A stretch of DNA of 64,000 bases from the human T2T-CHM13v2.0 reference genome, Homo sapiens: assembly GCF_009914755.1 (NCBI RefSeq), contig NC_060944.1. One strand, written 5' to 3'. Position numbers and translations under genes: made by a program. This document shows positions 12,416-26,779 of this stretch, in pieces; positions within the stretch are counted from its first letter, which is position 1, and each line of letters starts with the position of its first letter. Under the pieces are notes generated by a model that worked only from the letters and a program-made list of their open reading frames with translations, was not told where the DNA came from and did no database searches.

Positions 12416-15400
12416 ACAAGAAATAACTAAGATCAGAGGAGAACTGAAGGAGATAGAGACAGGAAAAACCCTTCAAAAAAAATCAATGAATCCAGGAGCT
12501 AGTTTTTTTTTTTGAAAAGGTCAACAAAATAGATAGACCACTAGCCAGACTAATAAAGAAGAAAAGAGAGAAGAATCAAATAGATGCAATAAAAAATGTT
12601 AAAGGGGATATCACCACCAATCCCACAGAAATATAAACTACCAACAGCGAATACTATAAACACCTCTACGCAAATAAACTAGAAAATCCAGAAGAAGTGG
12701 ATAAATTCCTGGACACATACACCCTCCCAAGACTAAACAAGGAGGAAGTCAAATCCCTGAATAGACCAATAACAAGTTCTGAAATTGAGGCAGCAATTAA
12801 TAGCCTAACAACCAAAAAAAGTCCAGGACCAGATGGATTCACAGCTGAATTCTACCAGAGGTACAAAGAGGAGCTGATATAATTCCTTCCAAAACTATTC
12901 CAAACAATAGAAAAAGAGGGAATCCTCCCTGACTCATTTTATGAGGCCAGCATCATCCTCATACCAAAACCTGGCAGAGACACAACAAAAAAGAAAATTT
13001 CAGGCCAATATCCCTGATGACCATCGATGTGAAAATCCTCAATAAAATACTGGTAAATCAAATCCAGCAGCACATCAAAAAGCTTATCCACCAGGATGAA
13101 GTAGGCTTCATCCCTAGGATGCAAGGCTGGTTCAACATACACAAATTAATAAACGTAATCCATCACATAAACAGAACCAACAACAAAAACCACATGATTA
13201 TCTCAATAGATGCAGAAAAGGCCTTCGACAAAATTCAACAGCCCTTCATGCTAAAAACTCTCAATAAACTAGGCATTAATGGAATGTATCTCAAAATAGT
13301 AAGAGTTATTTATGACAAACCCACAGCCAATATCATACTGAATGGGCAAAAACTGGAAACATTCCCTTTGAAAACCAGTACAGGACAAGGATGCCCTCTC
13401 TCACCACTCCTATTCAACATAGTGTTGGAAGTCCTGACAAGGGCCATCAGGCAAGAGAAAGAAATAAAGGGTATTCAAATAGGAAAAGAGGAAGTCAAAT
13501 TGTCTCTGTTTGCAGATGACATGATTGTATATTTAGAAAACCCCATCGTCTCAGCCCCAAATCTCCTTAAGCTGATAAGAAACTTCAGCAAAATCTCAGG
13601 ACACAAAATCAATGTGCAAAAATCACAAGCATTCCTATATACCAATAACAGACAGAGAGCCAAATCATGAGTGAACTCCTATTCACAATTGCTACAAAGA
13701 GAATAAAATACCTAGGAATCTAACTTACAAGCGATGTGAAGGACCTCTTCAAGGAGAACTACAAACCACTGCTCATGGAAATAAGAGAGGACACAAACAT
13801 GTGGAAAAACATACGATGCTCACGGATAAGAAGAATCAATATCATCAAAATAGCCATACTCCCTGAAGTAATTTATAGATTCAATACTGTCCCAATCAAG
13901 CTACCATTGACTTTCTTCATAGAATTGGAAAAAACTACTTTAAATTTCATGTGGAACCAAAAAAGAGGCCACATAGCCAAGACAATCCTAAGCAAAAAGA
14001 ACAAAGCGAGAGGCATCACGCTACCTGACTTTAAACTATAATACAAGGCTACAGTAACCAAAACATCATGGTACTGGTACCAAAACAGATATATAGACCA
14101 ATGAAACAGAACAGAGGCCTCAGAAATCACACCACCCATCTACAACCATCTGATCTTTGACAAACCTGACAAAAACAAGCAATGGGGAAAGGATTTCCTA
14201 TTTAAGAAATGGTGTTGGGAAAACTAGCTAGCCATATGCAGAAAGCTGAAACTGGATCCCTTCCTTACACCTTTTACAAAAATTAACTCAAGATGGATTA
14301 AAGACTTAAACATAAGACCTAAAACCATAAAAAGCCTTAGAAGAAAACCTAGGCAGTACCATTCAGGACATAGGCATGGACAAATACTTGATGACTAAAA
14401 CACCAAAAGCAATGGGAACAAAAGCCAAAATAGACAAATGGGATCTGATTAAACTAAAGAGCTTCTGCACAGCAAATGAAACTATCACCAGAGTGAACAA
14501 GCAACCTACAGAATGGGAGAAAATTTTTGTAATCTATCCATCTGACAAAGGACTAATATCCAGAATCTACAAAGAACTTAAACAAATTTAAAAGAAAAAA
14601 CAAGCCCATCAAAAAGTGGGTGAAGGATATGAACAGACACTTCTCAAAAGAAGACATTTATGCAGCCAACAAACATGAAAAAAAGCTCATCATCACTGGT
14701 CATTAGAGAAATGCAAGTCAAAACCACAATGAGATACCGTCTAATGCCAGTTAGAATGGCAATCATTAAAAAGTCAGGAAACAACAGATGCTGGAGAGGA
14801 TGCGGAGAAATAGGAAGTCTTTTACACTGTTTGTGGGAGTGTAAATTAGTTCAACCATTGTGGAAGACAGTGTGGAGATTCCTCAAGGATCCAGAACTAG
14901 AAATAACATTTGACCTAGCAATCCCATTACTGGGTATATACCCAAAGGATTAAAAATCATTCTACTATAAAGACACATGCACACATATGTTTATTGTGGC
15001 ACTGTTCACAATAGCAAAGACTTGGAACCAACCCAAATGCCCATCAGTGATAGACTGGATAAAGAAAATGTGGCACATATACACCATGGAATACTATGCG
15101 GCCATAAAAAAGGATGAATTCATGTCCTTTGCAGGGACATGGATGATGCTGGAAACCATCACTCTCAGCAAACTAACAGAAGAACAGAAAACCAAATACG
15201 GTATGTTCTCACTCATAAGTAGGAGTCGAACAATGAGAACACATGGACACAATGATGGGAACACCACACACTGGGGCTTCTCGGGGGGTGGGGGGCTAGG
15301 GGAGGGATAGCACTAGGAGAAATACCTAATGTAGATGACAGGTTGATGGGTACAGCAAAGCACCATGGCATGTGTATACCTATGTAACAAACCTGCACGT

Positions 15401-15451
15401 TCTGCACATGTACCCCAGAACTTAAAGTAAAATTTAAAAAAAATTTAAAAA
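12415..15451 (+). mobile_element. 5'-truncated L1PA (L1PA7/8-like): ORF2 remainder, 3' UTR and A-rich tail
   Basis: Successive ORF2 fragments in the ORF track; 3' UTR G-tract and GATGACAGGTTGATGGGTACAGC...AGAACTTAAAGTA. Confidence 0.95.
12697..15185 (+). pseudogene. Disrupted L1 ORF2 reverse transcriptase and C-terminal region
   Basis: Motifs [23 protein letters not shown] and CWRGCGE...HC, split by stops and frameshifts. Confidence 0.92.
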
Positions 15452-15605
15452 TTGGCAAGGTTTGGTATCCTGAATACATGTAGTTAATATGATCTCAACC
15501 TTGAAAGAATAGTACATGCACCCATAAGAAAAGTCTGTAAAAATATAAATAAAAGTGTTAACAGTATTTGAGGAAAAAAAATGTTGTGAAGACACACTGG
15601 GAGAA

Positions 15606-15782
15606 CCAGTAGCTCTCACATATAGCTGCACAATAAAATTGCTTGGGAAACTTTAAAAAATCCTGATGCCTGAGCCCTACCTTAAAAATTCTGATTTACT
15701 TTATCCGAAGTGGGGTTTGGGCATCCACATTTTAAAAAGTTCTTCATGTGGTGCTCATGTGTCACTAGGGTGAGAGTCACCC
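15606..15782. mobile_element. MER5A hAT-Charlie fossil
   Basis: CAGTAGCTCTCA...GGGTGAGAGTCAC ends with typical internal layout. Confidence 0.65.
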
Positions 15783-16619
15783 AGCCAAGTTATTGCTGGT
15801 GTTTATGCAAGATTTCATTCTACTCTTTATTTATGATCCTACTTCTTGTCATTTGATTGCTCCAGCCTGCAAACATTCCCTTTGGAAGAGGGTTGTTTTC
15901 CGAATAGGTAACCAGCATTCCCTGGTGAATAAGCTAACGGCTTTATCACGATGTTCTGGGAGCTAGCTATGCCTCATGATATTGTTAATCTTGTTGTAGG
16001 CTGATTGGAGAATTTTCCTTTGTGGCCCCCTAAATGTCCTTCTGAAAAGTGATGATAACCCACATGTTTGCAACAAAAGACAATTCCACCATACACTTGG
16101 GCAGTGACGTATACTCTTCCATGAGCTTCTATGTTTGCTATGAGAGCTATTACAGTAGGACTTGAAAAAACTTGGAGTTAGAATTTACCTACATCACTAA
16201 TCAATTATTGTAAATTTGGCCAAAGCTCTTAAATTCACTGAATTTAAATAAAAATAAATTCTTTGTTTCTTTACTTTCCCTCTAAAAAATTCCAGTGTGA
16301 TGTATAGAGTAGTTATCACTGGGTCTTTGTCCTACTTGGCAGATGAGGAAACTGAGCTGAAATAAATGAGAATTAGAGGATCAGCTTTGGGCGGATGCAA
16401 CAGGTCTCTCCTCTTCCCACTCCCATGCCTTTGCCTCTTCCATTGCTCCTAGGCGGCAGAGATGCCTATGGGCAATGGATTACCTTTCACGGGTGCAGTC
16501 AATGAGTGCTGGGAGAAGGTCTTCTCTATTCTACAGGCACTTGCATGTCTGTTCTTCTGGGCTTCTTTGAGCACAGAGTCAGAGAGGAGGGATGGTAGAG
16601 ACTATCTAGATGTTCTTTA

Positions 16620-16990
16620 AATGTGTATTCATTGCTTCCTGGCACACAGCTAAGCAACCTTTCCTAGCCTCCCTTGCAGTTAAATCTGATCACTGGTTGC
16701 ACTCTGGCCAATAGAATGTGGGTGGAAGTGATGTGTGCTGCTTCCAGGCCCTCAAAAGCTCCCAGGAGCACCCTCTAGGGGTTTCCACATCTGCTTTTTC
16801 CATCATGGAAATCGTGTATGTGAAGATGGTGAAGGAAGAAGATAGAAGGAACCTCGGTTCTTGATTCAGAGCTTGAAGAAGAACTACATGATCAAGAAAA
16901 TCTGTACGAAATGATTACATGAACAAGAAACAAAAACAAAAAAACTCAAACACCTCCTATTGTGTTGGCCTTTGACAGTGTCACGTGTGC
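16620..16990 (+). mobile_element. MLT1-family LTR
   Basis: CCTAGCCTCCCTTGCAGT, CTGGCCAATAGAATGTGGGTGGAAGTGATGTGTG. Confidence 0.65.
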
Positions 16991-19804
16991 TTGTTTTATT
17001 GCCTTGACTAACTTTGGAGGAATGGAGAGGATATGGGGTTTGGTGGGGTATGGGCATGCTTGCAAGGGTATGCCACTCTGCCTCTGTGGTGTCACTCACA
17101 CTCCAGGGCTGTCTGTGGGATCAGCTGAAATCATATACTTTCTCGGCTTCTTCTGCCCTGTGCTTCCTCATTGCCTTGTTGGTATTACCTGAGACTCCTC
17201 CCTTATAAATCACATGTAAAAGAATCCCCATCTCAGGCTCAGCTCCATGAGAATCTAACTTAGGGCATTTCCCCCTAGAATATAAGCTCCTGATGGCAGG
17301 ATTGTACTTTGTTTCATTCTCCATTGAATTTCTAGTTATCGAATGAATGAATGTGTAAGTCACTAGAAACTATGGATAAATATAAGGAAATAAGTCATAG
17401 ACTTGGCTCTATGTTCTCTCATCTTATCTGAAAGCACTATTTTCCATAAACCTTAAAAAAATGTAGACAATCTCATATATTATTTTTCACTGTTTTTTCT
17501 TAATAGAGGACAATGAAGAGATACTACCGTTTTATTTAATGTCCTTTGAAATCCAAGTGAAATTTAATTGTGGAATTGATTCTTAAGGCAATTTTTCTTT
17601 TCCTTGATCAGTTCTTCATATGCTTATTATTATTTTTTTTTTCTGAAGAGCAGCATCTGAGATAATTGCTTTTTTTGAGTAAAACTTGCAATGAGTTTCA
17701 TGTAAATTATAAAAGTTAGCCTGGCAGTGGAAGCAAAGAACATGTCCACATTAGAAACCGTTTAAATTCAAACCTAATTCCTTTAAAGAACGCTGTACCA
17801 GACAATGTGGCCTTTCCTTTGAAAGGCCTGCTTCAGGCACAAGGGAAATGGGGGCGTCTCCATTTGTTGTTGAACAGTGCCCTTAGCTGAGCAGTGGGAG
17901 AGAAATGATGAGGAGCGTGCAGAAAGCGATTGCTTTAAGCGCATTGGCTTTTCCTTTCATATCTGCAATGTGATCCTATTATTTTCAAGCAAATGGGGTC
18001 CTAAGTGTGCCTGGCTGGAGGTTTGCTATTTTCCTCTATTCTTTCCTTTAAATCTTTTTTGTCAACCATGTTCTCCACAACTAGCAGAGCAGCTGTCTGG
18101 GTAGTTATAATCCCATTAAAAAGGCTTCTATTTTGTCAATAATAAATTTATAGAGAAATTAGTCACCTGGGGTCGTTGGATGATTCTTCTCTTTATACAT
18201 ATTGTACCCCAGAAAAGCAGACCATCTCCTTCTTGTTATATGAGGCCTGCTGCCTCTGTCACGGTGCCATATTGGCAGAAACTGATTAGCAATTAACATG
18301 GAACATGCCTTCCTCTGTTTGCAAAGCCCCCTTAATCTTTCCCACTGATCATATTCCGCTCTAGCTTTTCTGATAAAGCTGATATTGTAGATGAGTCTGG
18401 GTGTACGCGGCTTATAGTATTAGGTAAAAATATGACAGGCATTAAATGACCATCCTGGTGGGAAAGGTGGGGAATTTAACCACAAAGATTTTCTAAACCT
18501 GTTCAACTGCATTTGAGCAGTATCCTAAAATTAGTAGTGCATCTTCCTCCACAGACTCCATTCTTTTTTCTAAAGAGGCTTTACATTCTTAACATTTGAG
18601 TTCAGGTCTAATTATATACTTCTATAATAAAAGGAAGAAGAAAGACAAAACCTGGATTTGAGCAGTTAGGGGAATGACTTGCAGTATAAGACTATGTTTG
18701 ATTATTAAACTAGCCACTATTAGTGGGTTGAGGTTTAGTTTTTGGAAACTCATCATGTTTTGAAAACCATAAAAACTAGCACACCTTTTAGCAGACTTTA
18801 TAATGAAAGAGGGTGACGTCAAAGACAATCCACGTGGTATGGCATACCATTTGTACTAATTTCTCTTTCTTATTTTCCAAATCATGACTGATTTTTGAGA
18901 CACCAACAAGACTCTCTTCAAGGCTGATTTCTTACTGTTACTTTCTCACTAGTTTCAGAGTTCTGGAAATATCTAGATAGACAAAGAGACAAGTCATCTG
19001 TAGGCTAGTTGGTGTTTGCTCTCAGAACATTGGTGGGAAGTTGCAAACAGAGGCACAAAGCAAGGCATCACCCCACGTTTCATCTGTTGTCACCCACCTT
19101 CAATACTAAGCAAGCAGCTTTCAGGAGAGCCCTAGCCAAATTTGCAGAGCAGATCATCAGATTTAAATAATGGCATGAAAAGCTATGAGTGGAGAAATAA
19201 CAGCAATATTTATATAACATAGCTGAAATTTCCTCAGCTGTTTGGAATTACTTAGACATCACATTTAAAGTGAAATTCAGAGAAGCAAGAATCCTTGGCC
19301 AGGTCTCTAGTTCTGGGAGTCAGATGTTCTAAAAGCTTCATTCGATCCTGCTCACCAGCTGTTCCTCTCTTCACCAAGAAAAGGTTCTTTACTGCTTTTC
19401 TCTGTATTGTGCCTTCCTCCACCCCATATCATGTGGTGTTTTTCCCATTCAGAAAAGATGGACCTTTCCACCTTGAGTGTATAGGGGTTTGCTTTTGAGA
19501 TGGAGAATATGGGGCCAGGGCATAGAGCTTTTGAGAACTCAAATTGCATAGGTTTTTAAAAAAATGCTTGCTTTTCATGCTTGCATGAATTCTACATTCA
19601 GATGATATTCATTAGAAATACAACTTGTGATGTCTCAGTGGCCCACACATGCTCATGTTGAAGGACCCCAGAATTCAAGTTGCCAATTTCCTACATTGCT
19701 GGTAAATGGCCATATGACAGAACATCATATCTTGACCCTAAAAGCTTCAGGTTTCATTCTCTTTGTGATCTAAGGAAAATTCTCTGAGAGTGGAATATTC
19801 TAGA

Positions 19805-19996
19805 TCTATGCAGTCCAGTGGAAATTTCTGCAACGATGGAAATGTTCTCTGCCCTGTCCTATTTGGTATTCATTAGCTATCGCACACTTAAAATGTGGCC
19901 AATGTGATGAGAAATTGAACCTTTAATTCTGTACATTTTAATGAATTTAAATTTAAATATCCTTATGTGGCTAGTGGCCACTGTATTGGACAACCC
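19805..19996. mobile_element. MER3 hAT-Charlie fossil
   Basis: GATGGAAATGTTCT...AATTTAAATTTAAATA...ATGTGGCTAGTGGCCACTGTATTGGACA. Confidence 0.75.
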
Positions 19997-20059
19997 TATT
20001 GAAGTAGAGAACTTTTCTAGTAGCTAGGATTGGCAAAGCCTGTATAAGCCACACATTTT

Positions 20060-20740
<681 letters not shown>

Positions 20741-20889
20741 CTATTTTCATCACTATTTGTTAGTTAACTCATATATTTGTTTAACAAATAAGACTGCTCT
20801 CTGCTAGTCTTGTCCTAGAGGCTAGAGATGTAACAGTGAACAGAACATCATATCTGTCTGCAAGGAGGTTATGGTTGGGTGAGGGAGAG

Positions 20890-21360
20890 TATGGGAGACT
20901 AAATGCAAAAATGACTGCACTTCTTCACCCCTCTCTGTAGCATGCCTCTTTGTAATGTGACTTATCTTAGCTCCTCTCAAGAGGAGTCCATTTCCTCACT
21001 CTTAAATCTGGGCTAGGCTTGTGCCTTGATTTGACAATAGAGTGCAGCAAAAGTGACCTTGTGCCAGTTATTCACCTATGCTTCAAAATATCTTGTATGA
21101 ATCTCTCCCTTGCCCCTTTTCTTTCTCTCAGAACCTTGCCCAGATGCTGTGTGAACAAGTTCAAGCTAGTCTGCTGGAGGATGAGAGGTCACAGGCACGT
21201 GGCCCAGTTAACGCCATCCTAGACCAGCTAGTGCCACCCAGCTGACCACAGATGCATGAGCAAACACAGCTGGGCACAGCTCATGGACTCATGTTTGAAG
21301 TCGCTAAGTTTTGGGGTGTGGTGGATTTGTATGCAGCATTCACTCACTGATATAGACACA
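20890..21360 (+). mobile_element. MLT1-family LTR inserted in L2
   Basis: TTTGTAATGTGACTT, TTTGACAATAGAGTGCAGC, terminal CTAAGTTTTGGGG...TATGCAGCA; L2-like sequence on both sides. Confidence 0.65.
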
Positions 21361-23219
21361 GTCCGTCCATGTGGCAGCCATCAATCATCACATGGCGTGA
21401 TGGCCACTGTCATAGAGATAAAGACAGGGCATCTGAGGAGCCTTCCTAAAGGAAGACATTGCTAAGCTGAGGTCTGAAAGATGAAGATAAAGGAAGGAGA
21501 TGTTTCAGACAGAGAGAACAGCATGAAAGACTTAGAACATGAAGAGCAGAGTTCATTTTTTTCTCTGCAGAAGCATGTGAATGTAAATGTTTCTTTGCTC
21601 CAGGAGCTTCTTGTGTAGCTGTGATGTCAAGATCCATACACAAATAGAGAAGTCTATGATTACACAAGGTGAACTATATTAAGTGCTGAATTTATTCAGA
21701 CCCTAGTGCAGGAGATGAGAAGAGAGTAGAGAGAGAAATCAATATGAACTGAAATAAGCAGCCTGGAAGGTTCTTGGAAGATAAGCGAATTGTGCTAGGA
21801 CTTAAGGAATGGGTAAGACTTGGCTGGGAGTGCAGGGAAGAGTAAAATATTCCTGCAACTACCTGGGGCACTTTGTGAGAGTGCCTACTTGGTCATCCTT
21901 GCCCATTGTGCACCTACTGTGCACTAAACCCAGTGTGAGGAACCACAGGAGATGAAAAAGAAGCAGGAAACACTACCCTAGTCTTGCAAAAATGAGTGTT
22001 ATACTTGCCTTTGGGGTGGCAAGCTCCTCTTAAGTTACATCTTGGCATTTGCACAACACGAGTTCAGCCTATCATTCATTTCCATCTACATTGTTGGGGT
22101 TATCGCTTTGTGGCGGGATGCAGGGAGAACCATAAAATTGTAGATCAACAAGTACAGTTTTAGGTGTTCTTGCTAACAGTTAAAGGCTTGGTTGCCAGTT
22201 TTTTCAGAAGATACTGTCTCATGACCACTTTTCAAAGAGACTAGGGAGTTCCATTTCTGAGCCCCCTGAAGTGTGGATTTCACGCTGCTCTGAAGATCTG
22301 AGCCCCAGGACATTGGCGCCTGTTGAGAGTTTTATCTTTTCTCCTTAAGGTTTCTATTGGGCCTTCTTGGGATTTAGAGGCTTATGTGGTGTTTTCTTAG
22401 CCAGAAGTCTTTGCAAAACTTGATTATCGGAAATAAACCAGAGCCACCCCCAACTTCTTGAAAACAGTGTTTAAGAAAACCTTAATTTGGAGTGAGGGAC
22501 AGCCCAGACGGCTCTGGCATTAGCTCAGAGCTGGCAATCCTGCATCGAAGCAGAAAGTTGCCTATTTGTAAGAGATATATTTGTTGAATCACAAAAGAAA
22601 GCTGCTATTATAAGTAAACCCAGGCATCTAGGGACTTGTGTGGAGATAATTCATGCTGCCCCCTTTTCCAGTTTGCAAATTTCTTTTGGAGGGCAGAGTA
22701 GAGGGTGGGCGTGGAGTGTCCCTTTTAAAGGCCCACATGAATCCCCATAGCTAGTAGCCATCTCTAGTCCTGTCTGCTCTTATCTAGGCTTTCCTTATGG
22801 GTTCTCAAAAGGCATTTGAAAATAAACAAGCGAGCAAGCTTCCCAAGACATCCTAGCATTCCACTCTGACACTTGCTGAGACAACAAACCGAAGCTGGTC
22901 CTTCTCCATTACTTCTCATGGTCTTCATTCTGGGATTCTTTTCCTTGTTGGTTCAGGAGTGAGATTCTACATGTTACTGTCAAATGATCTAGTTGGAGCT
23001 TATGCCTTTTACCACAATTTTAGAAAGCTATAGTTTTGGATGGAAATAAATACTTTTAATATTGTCTGTGGCTCCTGAACCCAAAGTTCTTTACTACTTT
23101 CAAATGTATTTAAGTATAGGAGGTAGTTTGTGGGCTAAAAAAGAAAGGTCCTGTGGTTAATGTTAATGGATTTCTTCTCAGTTTATAATAACCATATGAA
23201 AAAATTACATTTCATATCA

Positions 23220-24060
23220 GATAAGGAAAAATTTCTATAATGTATAAAAAGTACCTACATATCAATAAAAGTAGACTGAAAACCTAGTAGAAAAAAATGG
23301 ACAAAGTATATGATCAGATAGTTTACTAAAAAGCAGATACAAGTGAATCTTGTATTTGTAAAAAGCCACTCAACCTCATCCATTATAATAAATATGTGTA
23401 TTAAAATTATAATAGTTTTCATTTCTCAGATTGGCAAACGCCTGAATGTTTAATGATATATTTGGTTGAAAAAATAAGAAACTGAAACTGTCATACATTA
23501 TTGGTGGCCCTGTAAATTACTACAAATAATTTGGAGGACAATTTGGTAATAACTACTAAAATTGCAAATGTCCCTTGACCTAGAATTACACTTCTAGGAA
23601 TTTATCCTGTAGAAATATCCATACATGGATGAAGGAATGAATGCACAAAGTTATTCAATGTGGTGCTGTTTGTAACTGAAAAACGTTATAAACAACTTTA
23701 ATAGGGGACTGGATAAATATATTATGGTTGATGGTCAAAAAGAGTGAGGCAGATCTTTATGTATTGCTATAGAATAATATCCAATGTATGTTATTATGAA
23801 AAAATGAAGGATGAAGAACAATTTGTGTTATGAGCTATCATTAGTGTAAAAAATGAAAAAATGTTTTTGTTTGTATGTGCATAAAGTATCTTTAGATAAA
23901 CAAAGAAAATGAAAGTAGCATTTTTTTTTTTCCTCCCAGAAGATGGGAACTGAGTGGTTGGAAGACAAAGGTGGGAGGGAGACTTATATTTTACTGTGTA
24001 TCCTTTTGTACCTGTAGGATTTCGTACTGTGTATATGAATGCATTACCCATTTAAAAATT
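23220..24060 (+). mobile_element. Old L1M (L1ME-like) 3' end
   Basis: A-rich; CACTTCTAGGAATTTATCCT, AAATAGGGGACTGG, TATATCCTTTTGTACC. Confidence 0.75.
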
Positions 24061-24559
24061 GAAACCTAAATAAGAATTCCAAGGTGAAGGTTTCTTTTTG
24101 ACTTTCTTCTATCTGAAAATTTGTTTTTCCTTAAGCCCATGCGATAGACTATTTGCTTCACAAGGCCTACCATTGTCTTTTCTTTTCTACCCCCTTTGTC
24201 TAATTTAGTGCCTGGAAGAGAATATTTGTCACCAAAAAATATATGTTACAAATATAAATGAAGGGATGGGATGCATGAGATGACTTCACAATGAGCCTTG
24301 CAAATCTGAAGTATCCACAGTAAGGCTGTTTTGTGCTCACCATGATTTTCAGGAGAAGATGTTCATGTTGAAATTGGTCACTTTCCCTCTTAAACAAAAA
24401 ACTGAAGAAAAGAAACGGACTTAAGAATGTGGTGTTAAAACCCATATGACTGTGTGGATGGAGCCATTTCCCTAGCCACATCATGGCCATTGGTCACTGA
24501 GGAATTCCTTCTGAGGGGATGGAGAATGAGGAGAGAAATCTGAAGGCATGACCATGATC

Positions 24560-24768
24560 TGTAGTCTACTGGTAGAAGTTTAATAATTGGCTTCTAGAAA
24601 ATATCAACTCTGATTTGTAGTGTTCACCAATTTCCATGTTGTTAATACTCCCACCATAGCTGATTTTGGGCTACTGTGTGAAGTGTGAGTGACATAATTG
24701 AATGTGAAGTTGGGAAGATATTATAACCATTGGCTCTTGTGACAGGAGGAGCCAGGTCCAGCACTTAA
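24560..24768. mobile_element. MER63-like hAT fossil
   Basis: CTGATTTGTAGTGTTCACCAATTTCCATG...AATACTCCCACCAT and terminal CCAGCAC. Confidence 0.55.
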
Positions 24769-24872
24769 CGTGATAACCAGGCAAGGATTTCCCTTCCATA
24801 GCAAAGAGCAGGAATTTTGCCATGTAAACAGAGAAGAGTTGGAGTCTTATAAATTTTATGTAAGTTGTCTAA

Positions 24873-25022
24873 GCCAGTGCTCAAAGTGTGGTCCACGCAA
24901 ACTCTGCGGCTGCAGACCCAAACCTGCTAAATCAGAAACTCAGGAGAGAAGGTTCAGTGATCTGGATTTTAGAAAGCCATCCAGATGATTCTGATGGGTG
25001 TTAAAATTTGAGGACCACTACT
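24873..25022. mobile_element. MER5A
   Basis: CTCAAAGTGTGGTCC...AATCAGAAACTC...GATTCTGATG...TTTGAGGACCACT. Confidence 0.75.
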
Positions 25023-26071
25023 CTAAGTGTTAGTTTCCTCTGGAAATGGGAAGGAGTATTTAAAAATACAGGCCTGTAGTAAGGAATGAACAGAATAATG
25101 ATTGTATGTTCTTGGCACAGGGAATGTTAACTATGACATTGAAGGTGATATTTTTTATAGCTCAGCCAGCCATTTAAGAGGCACTAAATAAGTTTGAAGT
25201 ATGCTCAATTCCTTTTCTCATGTCAAGGGAGGTAAGCTATATGTCTATAAGACACATCATAACTTTCTGCATAGTTGGACCATGTGTAATTGTCTTCATT
25301 CTTGTAGCATCACTTGGGGGAGGTGAATACCAGCCTATCTCCCAGTAGCATGCTCAGGCAGAACTAGATGCCTCAGATAAAAGCCAATGAGGTATTCTCC
25401 CCTCAACACCCAGCTCCCTGGCAACCCCCAGTCTTGGCCTAACTAGTTGAACCAACTTATTTTACATGCACTGAAAACCAGCCTCCATGAAAAAGTGGTG
25501 GTGAGGAGTGGGAGATGAAAGGAACATATTTGGAGACCTAGGACTTGAATCTCAAGAGAGCTTTGGAGTGGGGTAGCAACACTTGTGGTTTAGGAGACTA
25601 TTAGCTCCATTTTCAGAGCACCTACTACCTAGCAGACATTGCAGCACGACTTTTCACCATAGATGTTATCACCATTTTGCAGATAAAGAAACAGATGGAG
25701 GACTCAAGTAATGCGTTGAAGGTCAGAGTAGACAGAGGCTTTCTGGATATAGAAGGGCACAGAGCCAGTCCCTTAGCTACCATTTGTCCTCTTTTCCCTA
25801 ATGTATCCTTTTCCCCTTTATGCTGTAGTTCTTGGGAGTACAAGGACCACTAACTCCTGTGGCAGAATTTTTTTTTGGCATTAGGCATATTTCAGAAACT
25901 CTTATACCAGAATGGTCCATGGCAGTCTTCCCTGAAGGCTCAAAAATAGAATTTCAAGAGTAAGTGCGATGCAGTGGTGAGAGCCCAAGGGTCACACAGA
26001 CCTGTGATCGAATTCTAGCTCTGCCACATATTAATTCTTTGACTTTGAGTATGTGATTCATTCTTTCCAAG

Positions 26072-26505
26072 TGTCTTAGGGTTGAGTTCCTCAGAAGCAG
26101 AGCCTGAGATAGGGACTTTTGTGTAAATGATTTATTAAGGGGATGCTCTCAGAAAACATTTGCACCAGAATGAGGGAAGCAGGAGGGGCAGGAGAGGATG
26201 CTGAGCAAGTGTAGAAAAGCTTGGCTGGAATCTAGCTTCAGCCTGATCCTGTGGGGAGACTTGGAGGGTAAATTGTACCACGGAATTTGTCCCAAGGGGT
26301 TGGTCAACTTTTGGGCCCCTGTGTCAGTCAATTTTTGTCTAGGGGACAACACAGGACATGCAATCTTCTTATGAGGTGTTTCTGTCATAAGAGAGCAATT
26401 TTCAGGGAAGAGGTGATGCTGATTCAGTGCTAATGCTCTGAGCATTAGCAACCATTATTCACAGTGTTCGGATTTAAACACAATCTAGATGAGGCTACAT
26501 AGCTT
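26072..26505 (-). mobile_element. LTR16-family LTR inserted in MIR (MIR at about 25960-26071 and 26510-26650)
   Basis: TGTCTTAGGGTTGAGTTCCTCAGAAGCAGAGCCTGAGA...ATTTATTAAGG; MIR halves on either side. Confidence 0.65.
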
Positions 26506-26779
26506 TTACTAGAGTTAGCTCTCAGCTTTTTATTTATAAAAATGAAGATACTGGTGACTCAAAGGAATATTGTAAAGATTAAATGATATAACATGTTTAG
26601 AGGATTAAACACAGTGCCAATCACAGAGTGAGCCCTTAATCGATGTTAACTTCTTTCTCTTCCAGTCTTGTCTAAAGAGAGTAACATCATCTCTCTGGTT
26701 GAGATGAAGAATAGCTCCTCAAAGAAATCAGCCTATTTCCCCCTCACAGATGAGGAGAAGAGAATAATTCTGGGAGCGT

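Noticed and set aside
13017-13670. 217-aa reverse transcriptase ORF as a novel RT system
   Set aside because: Ordinary L1 ORF2 fragment in a truncated, frameshifted element.
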